Assembly: GCA_032718475.1 (NCBI GenBank)
Contig: JAUCBJ010002389.1
Coordinates: forward strand, 1 to 32,517
Direction of reading: 5' to 3'
Length of the DNA stretch: 32,517 nucleotides
From: Nemertoderma westbladi
Lineage: Eukaryota; Animalia; Xenacoelomorpha
Positions within the stretch are counted from its first letter, which is position 1; each line of letters starts with the position of its first letter. A model generated the notes under the pieces. That model was not told the origin of the DNA and did not search any database. It was given only the letters and a program-made list of their open reading frames with translations. Of this stretch, positions 24,601-32,517 are shown piece by piece. A program made the translations under genes and the position numbers.

Positions 24601-27600
24601 AGGCGAGGGTGTTGGTTGAGGGGTAGTTGATGGATCGGTGGTGAGACGAGGGTGTTGGTTGAGGGGTAGTTGATGGGTAGGTGGTGAGGCGAGGGTGTTG
24701 GTTGAGGGGTAGTTGATGGGTAGGTGGTGAGGCGAGGGTGTTGGTTGAGGGGTAGTTGATGGGTAGGTGGTGAGGCGAGGGTGTTGGTTGAGGGGTAGTT
24801 GATGGATAGGTGGTGAGGCGAGGGTGTTGGTTGAGGGGTAGTTGATGGATAGGTGGTGAGGCGAGGGTGTTGGTTGAGGGGTAGTTGATGGGTAGGTGGT
24901 GTGGGGTAGTTGATGGGTAGGTGGTGAGGCGAGGGTGTTGGTTGAGGAGTAGTTGATGGGTAGGTGGTGTGGGCTAGTTTATGGGTAGGTGGTGAGGCGA
25001 GGGTGTTGGTTGAGGGGTAGTTGATGGATAGGTGGTGAGGCGAGGGTGTTGGTTGAGGGGTAGTTGATGGGTAGGTGGTGAGGCGAGGGTGTTGGTTGAG
25101 GGGTAGTTGATGGATAGGTGGTGAGGCGAGGGTGTTGGTTGAGGGGTAGTTGATGGATAGGTGGTGAGGCGAGGGTGTTGGTTGAGGGGTAGTTGATGGG
25201 TAGGTGGTGTGGGGTAGTTGATGGGTAGGTGGTGAGGCGAGGGTGTTGGTTGAGGAGTAGTTGATGGGTAGGTGGTGTGGGCTAGTTTATGGGTAGGTGG
25301 TGAGGCGAGGGTGTTGGTTGAGGGGTAGTTGATGGGTAGGTGGTGAGGCGAGGGTGTTGGTTGAGGAGTAGTTGATGGGTAGGTGGTGTGGGCTAGTTTA
25401 TGGGTAGGTGGTGAGGCGAGGGTGTTGGTTGAGGGGTAGTTGATGGATAGGTGGTGAGGCGAGGGTGTTGGTTGAGGGGTAGTTGATGGGTAGGTGGTGT
25501 GGGGTAGTTGATGGGTAGGTGGTGAGGCGAGGGTGTTGGTTGAGGAGTAGTTGATGGGTAGGTGGTGTGGGCTAGTTTATGGGTAGGTGGTGAGGCGAGG
25601 GTGTTGGTTGAGGGGTAGTTGATGGATAGGTGGTGAGGCGAGGGTGTTGGTTGAGGGGTGGTTGATGGGTAGGTGGTGTGGGGTAGTTGATGGGTAGGTG
25701 GTGAGACGAGCGTGTTGGTTGAGGGCAAGTTGATGAATAGGTGGTGAGGCGAGGGTGTTGGTTGAGGGGTAGTTGATAGATAGGTGGTGAGGCGAGGGTG
25801 TTGGTTGAGGGGTAGTTGATGGATAGGTGGTGAGGCTAGGGTGTTGGTTGAGGGGTAGTTGATGGGTAGGTGGTGAGGCGAGGGTGTTGGTTGAGGGGTA
25901 GTTGATGGGTAGGTGGTGAGGCGAGGGTGTTGGTTGAGGGGTAGTTGATGGATAGGTGGTGTGGCGAGGGTGTTGGTTGAGGGGTAGTTGATGGATAGGT
26001 GGTGAGGCGAGGGTGTTGGTTGAGGGGTAGTTGATGGGTAGGTGGTGTGGGGTAGTTGATGGGTAGGTGGTGAGGCGAGCGTGTTGGTTAAGGGGTAGTT
26101 GATGGGTAGGTGGTGAGGCGAGGGTGTTGGTTGAGGGGTAGTTGATGAATAGGTGGTGAGGCTAGGGTGTTGGTTGAGGGGTAGTTGATGGGTAGGTGGT
26201 GAGGCGAGGGTGTTGGTTGAGGGGTAGTTGATGGGTAGGTGGTGAGGCGAGGGTGTTGGTTGAGGGGTAGTTGATGGGTAGGTGGTGAGACGAGGGTGTT
26301 GGTTGAGGGGTAGTTGATGGATAGGTGGTGAGGCTAGGGTGTTGGTTGAGGGGTAGTTGATGGGTAGGTGGTGAGGCGAGGGTGTTGGTTGAGGGGTAGT
26401 TGATGGGTAGGTGGTGAGGCGAGGGTGTTGGTTGAGGGGTGGTTGATGGGTAGGTGGTGTGGGGTAGTTGATGGGTAGGTGGTGAGGCGAGGGTGTTGGT
26501 TGAGGGGTAGTTGATGGATCGGTGGTGAGGCGAGGGTGTTGGTTGAGGGGTGGTTGATGGGTAGGTGGTGTGGGGTAGTTGATGGGTAGGTGGTGAGGCG
26601 AGGGTGTTGGTTGAGGGGTAGTTGATGGATCGGTGGTGAGGCGAGGGTGTTGGTTGAGGGGTGGTTGATGGGTAGGTGGTGTGGGGTAGTTGATGGGTAG
26701 GTGGTGAGGCGAGCGTGTTGGTTGAGGGGTAGTTGATGAATATGTGATGAGGCGAGGGTGTTGGTTGAGGGGTAGTTGATGGATAGGTGGTGAGGCGAGG
26801 GTGTTGGTTGAGGGGTAGTTGATGGGTAGGTGGTGTGGGGTAGTTGATGGGTAGGTGGTGTGGGGTAGTTGATGGGTAGGTGGTGAGGCAGAGTGTTGGT
26901 TGAGGGGTAGTTGATGGAAAGGTGGTGAGGCAGAGTGTTGGTTGGGGGTAGTTGATGGATAGGTGGTGAGGCTAGGGTGTTGGTTGAGGGGTAGTTGATG
27001 GGTAGGTGGTGAGGCGAGGGTGTTGGTTGAGGGGTAGTTGATGGATCGGTGGTGAGGCGAGGGTGTTGGTTGAGGGGTGGTTGATGGGTAGGTGGTGTGG
27101 GGTAGTTGATGGGTAGGTGGTGAGGCGAGGGTGTTGGTTGAGGGGTAGTTGATGGGTAGGTGGTGAGGCGAGGGTGTTGGTTGAGGGGTAGTTGATGAAT
27201 AGGTGATGAGGCGAGGGTGTTGGTTGAGGGGTAGTTGATGGATCGGTGGTGAGGCGAGGGTGTTGGTTGAGGGGTAGTTGATGGGTAGGTGGTGAGGCGA
27301 GCGTGTTGGTTGAGGGGTAGTTGATGGATAGGTGGTGAGGCTAGGGTGTTGGTTGAGGGGTAGTTGATGGGTAGGTGGTGAGGCGAGGGTGTTGGTTGAG
27401 GGGTAGTTGATGGGTAGGTGGTGAGGCGAGGGTGTTGGTTGAGGGGTAGTTGATGAATAGGTGATGAGGCGAGGGTGTTGGTTGAGGGGTAGTTGATGGA
27501 TCGGTGGTGAGGCGAGGGTGTTGGTTGAGGGGTAGTTGATGGGTAGGTGGTGAGGCGAGGGTGTTGGTTGAGGGGTAGTTGATGGGTAGGTGGTGAGGCG

Positions 27601-30600
27601 AGCGTGTTGGTTGAGGGGTAGTTGATGGGTAGGTGGTGAGGCGAGGGTGTTGGTTGATGGGTAGTTGATGGATCGGTGGTGAGGCGAGGGTGTTGGTTGA
27701 GGGGTAGTTGATGGGTAGGTGGTGAGGCGAGGGTGTTGGTTGAGGGGTAGTTGATGAATATGTGATGAGGCGAGGGTGTTGGTTGAGGGGTAGTTGATGA
27801 ATAGGTGGTGAGGCGAGGGTGTTGGTTGAGGGGTAGTTGATGGGTAGGTGGTGAGGCGAGGGTGTTGGTTGAGGGGTAGTTGATGGGTAGGTGGTGAGGC
27901 GAGGGTGTTGGTTGAGGGGTAGTTGATGAATATGTGATGAGGCGAGGGTGTTGGTTGATGGGTAGTTGATGGATCGGTGGTGAGGCGAGGGTGTTGGTTG
28001 AGGGGTAGTTGATGGGTAGGTGGTGAGGCGAGGGTGTTGGTTGAGGGGTAGTTGATGGATAGGTGGTGAGGCTAGGGTGTTGGTTGAGGGGTAGTTGATG
28101 GATAGGTGGTGAGGCAGAGTGTTGGTTGAGGGGTAGTTGATGGGTAGGTGGTGAGGCGAGGGTGTTGGTTGAGGGGTAGTTGATGGGTAGGTGGTGTGGG
28201 GTAGTTGATGGGTAGGTGGTGTGGGGTAGTTGATGGGTAGGTGGTGAGGCGAGGGTGTTGGTTGAGGGGTAGTTGATGGATAGGTGGTGAGGCTAGGGTG
28301 TTGGTTGAGGGGTAGTTGATGGGTAGGTGGTGAGGCGAGGGTGTTGGTTGAGGGGTAGTTGATGGATAGGTGGTGAGGCTAGGGTGTTGGTTGAGGGGTA
28401 GTTGATGGGTAGGTGGTGAGGCGAGGGTGTTGGTTGAGGGGTAGTTGATGGGTAGGTGGTGAGGCGAGGGTGTTGGTTGAGGGGTAGTTGATGAATAGGT
28501 GGTGAGGCGAGGGTGTTGGTTGAGGGGTAGTTGATGGGTAGGTGGTGAGGCGAGGGTGTTGGTTGAGGGGTAGTTGATGGGTAGGTGGTGAGGCGAGGGT
28601 GTTGGTTGAGGGGTAGTTGATGAATATGTGATGAGGCGAGGGTGTTGGTTGAGGGGTGGTTGATGGGTAGGTGGTGTGGGGTAGTTGATGGATAGGTGGT
28701 GAGGCTAGGGTGTTGGTTGAGGGGTAGTTGATGGGTAGGTGGTGAGGCGAGGGTGTTGGTTGAGGGGTAGTTGATGGGTAGGTGGTGAGGCGAGGGTGTT
28801 GGTTGAGGGGTAGTTGATGGGTAGGTGGTGAGGCGAGGGTGTTGGTTGAGGGGTAGTTGATGGGTAGGTGGTGAGGCGAGGGTGTTGGTTGAGGGGTAGT
28901 TGATGGGTAGGTGGTGAGGCGAGGGTGTTGGTTGAGGGGTAGTTGATGGGTAGGTGGTGAGGCGAGGGTGTTGGTTGAGGGGTAGTTGATGGGTAGGTGG
29001 TGAGGCGAGGGTGTTGGTTGAGGGGTAGTTGATGAATATGTGATGAGGCGAGGGTGTTGGTTGAGGGGTGGTTGATGGGTAGGTGGTGTGGGGTAGTTGA
29101 TGGATAGGTGGTGAGGCTAGGGTGTTGGTTGAGGGGTAGTTGATGGGTAGGTGGTGAGGCGAGGGTGTTGGTTGAGGGGTAGTTGATGGGTAGGTGGTGA
29201 GGCGAGGGTGTTGGTTGAGGGGTAGTTGATGGGTAGGTGGTGAGGCGAGGGTGTTGGTTGAGGGGTAGTTGATGGGTAGGTGGTGAGGCGAGGGTGTTGG
29301 TTGAGGGGTAGTTGATGGGTAGGTGGTGAGGCGAGGGTGTTGGTTGAGGGGTAGTTGATGGGTAGGTGGTGAGGCGAGGGTGTTGGTTGAGGGGTAGTTG
29401 ATGGGTAGGTGGTGAGGCGAGGGTGTTGGTTGAGGGGTAGTTGATGAATATGTGATGAGGCGAGGGTGTTGGTTGAGGGGTGGTTGATGGGTAGGTGGTG
29501 TGGGGTAGTTGATGGGTAGGTGGTGAGGCGAGCGTGTTGGTTGAGGGGTAGTTGATGGATAGGTGGTGAGGCTAGGGTGTTGGTTGAGGGGTAGTTGATG
29601 TGTAGGTGGTGTGGGGTAGTTGATGGGTAGGTGGTGTGGGGTAGTTGATGGGTAGGTGGTGAGGCGAGCGTGTTGGTTGAGGGGTAGTTGATGGATAGGT
29701 GGTGAGGCTAGGGTGTTGGTTGAGGGGTAGTTGATGTGTAGGTGGTGTGGGGTAGTTGATGGGTAGGTGGTGAGGCGAGGGTGTTGGTTGAGGGGTAGTT
29801 GATGGGTAGGTGGTGAGGCGAGCGTGTTGGTTGAGGGGTAGTTGATGGATAGGTGGTGAGGCTAGGGTGTTGGTTGAGGGGTGGTTGATGGGTAGGTGGT
29901 GTGGGGTAGTTGATGGGTAGGTGGTGAGGCGAGCGTGTTGGTTGAGGGGTAGTTGATGGATAGGTGGTGAGGCTAGGGTGTTGGTTGAGGGGTGGTTGAT
30001 GGGTAGGTGGTGTGGGGTAGTTGATGGGTAGGTGGTGAGGCGAGGGTGTTGGTTGAGGGGTAGTTGATGGGTAGGTGGTGAGGCGAGGGTGTTGGTTGAG
30101 GGGTAGTTGATGTGTAGGTGGTGTGGGGTAGTTGATGGGTAGGTGGTGAGGCGAGGGTGTTGGTTGAGGGGTAGTTGATGGATAGGTGGTGAGGCTAGGG
30201 TGTTGGTTGAGGGGTAGTTGATGTGTAGGTGGTGTGGGGTAGTTGATGGGTAGGTGGTGAGGCGAGGGTGTTGGTTGAGGGGTAGTTGATGGGTAGGTGG
30301 TGAGGCGAGGGTGTTGGTTGAGGGGAAGTTGATGTGTAGGTGGTGTGGGGTAGTTGATGGGTAGGTGGTGAGGCGAGGGTGTTGGTTGAGGGGTAGTTGA
30401 TGGGTAGGTGGTGAGGCGAGGGTGTTGGTTGAGGGGTAGTTGATGGGTAGGTGGTGAGGCTAGGGTGTTGGTTGAGGGGTAGTTGATGGATAGGTGGTGA
30501 GGCTAGGGTGTTGGTTGAGGGGTAGTTGATGGATAGGTGGTGAGGCTAGGGTGTTGGTTGAGGGGTAGTTGATGTGTAGGTGGTGTGGGGTAGTTGATGG

Positions 30601-32517
30601 GTAGGTGGTGAGGCGAGGGTGTTGGTTGAGGGGTAGTTGATGGGTAGGTGGTGAGGCTAGGGTGTTGGTTGAGGGGTAGTTGATGGATAGGTGGTGAGGC
30701 TAGGGTGTTGGTTGAGGGGTAGTTGATGGGTAGGTGGTGAGGCTAGGGTGTTGGTTGAGGGGTAGTTGATGGATAGGTGGTGAGGCTAGGGTGTTGGTTG
30801 AGGGGTAGTTGATGGATAGGTGGTGAGGCTAGGGTGTTGGTTGAGGGGTAGTTGATGTGTAGGTGGTGTGGGGTAGTTGATGGGTAGGTGGTGAGGCGAG
30901 GGTGTTGGTTGAGGGGTAGTTGATGGGTAGGTGGTGAGGCGAGGGTGTTGGTTGAGGGGTAGTTGATGGGTAGGTGGTGAGGCGAGCGTGTTGGTTGAGG
31001 GGTAGTTGATGGATAGGTGGTGAGGCTAGGGTGTTGGTTGAGGGGTAGTTGATGTGTAGGTGGTGTGGGGTAGTTGATGGGTAGGTGGTGAGGCGAGGGT
31101 GTTGGTTGAGGGGTAGTTGATGGGTAGGTGGTGAGGCTAGGGTGTTGGTTGAGGGGTAGTTGATGGGTAGGTGGTGAGGCTAGGGTGTTGGTTGAGGGGT
31201 AGTTGATGGATAGGTGGTGAGGCTAGGGTGTTGGTTGAGGGGTAGTTGATGGATAGGTGGTGAGGCTAGGGTGTTGGTTGAGGGGTAGTTGATGTGTAGG
31301 TGGTGTGGGGTAGTTGATGGGTAGGTGGTGAGGCGAGGGTGTTGGTTGAGGGGTAGTTGATGGGTAGGTGGTGAGGCGAGGGTGTTGGTTGAGGGGTAGT
31401 TGATGGGTAGGTGGTGAGGCGAGGGTGTTGGTTGAGGGGTAGTTGATGGGTAGGTGGTGAGGCGAGGGTGTTGGTTGAGGGGTAGTTGATGGATAGGTGG
31501 TGAGGCGAGGGTGTTGGTTGAGGGGTAGTTGATGGATAGGTGGTGAGGCTAGGGTGTTGGTTGAGGGGTAGTTGATGGGTAGGTGGTGAGGCGAGGGTGT
31601 TGGTTGAGGGGTAGTTGATGGGTAGGTGGTGAGGCGAGCGTGTTGGTTGAGGGGTAGTTGATGGATAGGTGGTGAGGCTAGGGTGTTGGTTGAGGGGTAG
31701 TTGATGTGTAGGTGGTGAGGCGAGGGTGTTGGTTGAGGGGTAGTTGATGGGTAGGTGGTGAGGCGAGGGTGTTGGTTGAGGGGTAGTTGATGGGTAGGTG
31801 GTGAGGCGAGCGTGTTGGTTGAGGGGTAGTTGATGGATAGGTGGTGAGGCTAGGGTGTTGGTTGAGGGGTAGTTGATGTGTAGGTGGTGAGGCGAGGGTG
31901 TTGGTTGAGGGGTAGTTGATGGGTAGGTGGTGAGGCGAGCGTGTTGGTTGAGGGGTAGTTGATGGATAGGTGGTGAGGCGAGGGTGTTGGTTGAGGGGTA
32001 GTTGATGGATAGGTGGTGAGGCTAGGGTGTTGGTTGAGGGGTAGTTGATGTGTAGGTGGTGAGGCGAGGGTGTTGGTTGAGGGGTAGTTGATGGGTAGGT
32101 GGTGAGGCGAGGGTGTTGGTTGAGGGGTAGTTGATGTGTAGGTGGTGAGGCGAGGGTGTTGGTTGAGGGGTAGTTGATGGATAGGTGGTGAGGCGAGGGT
32201 GTTGGTTGATGGGTAGTTGATGGATCGGTGGTGAGGCGAGGGTGTTGGTTGAGGGGTAGTTGATGGGTAGGTGGTGAGGCGAGGGTGTTGGTTGAGGGGT
32301 AGTTGATGGATAGGTGGTGAGGCTAGGGTGTTGGTTGAGGGGTAGTTGATGGATCGGTGGTGAGGCGAGGGTGTTGGTTGAGGGGTAGTTGATGGATAGG
32401 TGGTGAGGCTAGGGTGTTGGTTGAGGGGTAGTTGATGGGTAGGTGGTGAGGCGAGGGTGTTGGTTGAGGGGTAGTTGAAGAATAGGTGGTGAGGCGAGCG
32501 TGTTGGTTGAGGGGTAG
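18682..32517 (+). repeat. G-rich satellite with a 43-bp main unit and interspersed 25-bp sub-unit; at least 13.8 kb, runs off the window
   Basis: Unit gaggcgagggtgttggttgaggggtagttgatgggtaggtggt (period 43, e.g. 19861 to 19904). Short unit gtggggtagttgatgggtaggtggt. Only one C per main unit on the + strand. Confidence 0.97.

Noticed and set aside
25393-25728. 111-aa Pro/Thr/His-rich ORF
   Set aside because: Chance open frame on the C-rich strand of the satellite.

Overview
AT-rich, intron-containing (eukaryotic, probably invertebrate animal) DNA that is mostly repeats. (1) The 3' part of a spliced host gene that the ORF track misses: five phase-compatible + strand exons (<1-47, 329-387, 4235-4366, 5126-5255, 7595-7814) encode the C-terminal copper domain of a PHM-like (peptidylglycine alpha-hydroxylating monooxygenase family) enzyme. 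It keeps the CuM ligands (HxH, EMC) but lacks the substrate-binding Arg, and it stops with no PAL or transmembrane domain. Its introns hold nested non-autonomous DNA elements and pieces of an RTE-type LINE. (2) A 72-bp hairpin minisatellite and a perfect 4.2-kb (ACT)1404 array. (3) A composite retroelement block: a 5'-truncated RTE-type LINE (- strand) with a short (TAG)n tail, then a 1-kb antisense fragment of a CRE-type RLE retrotransposon, then the giant (TAG)n array. (4) A 30-bp minisatellite, a hairpin/inverted-repeat element, and a 13.8-kb strongly G-biased 43/25-bp satellite that runs off the right end. All calls come from reading and hand-translating the sequence; no searches were run.
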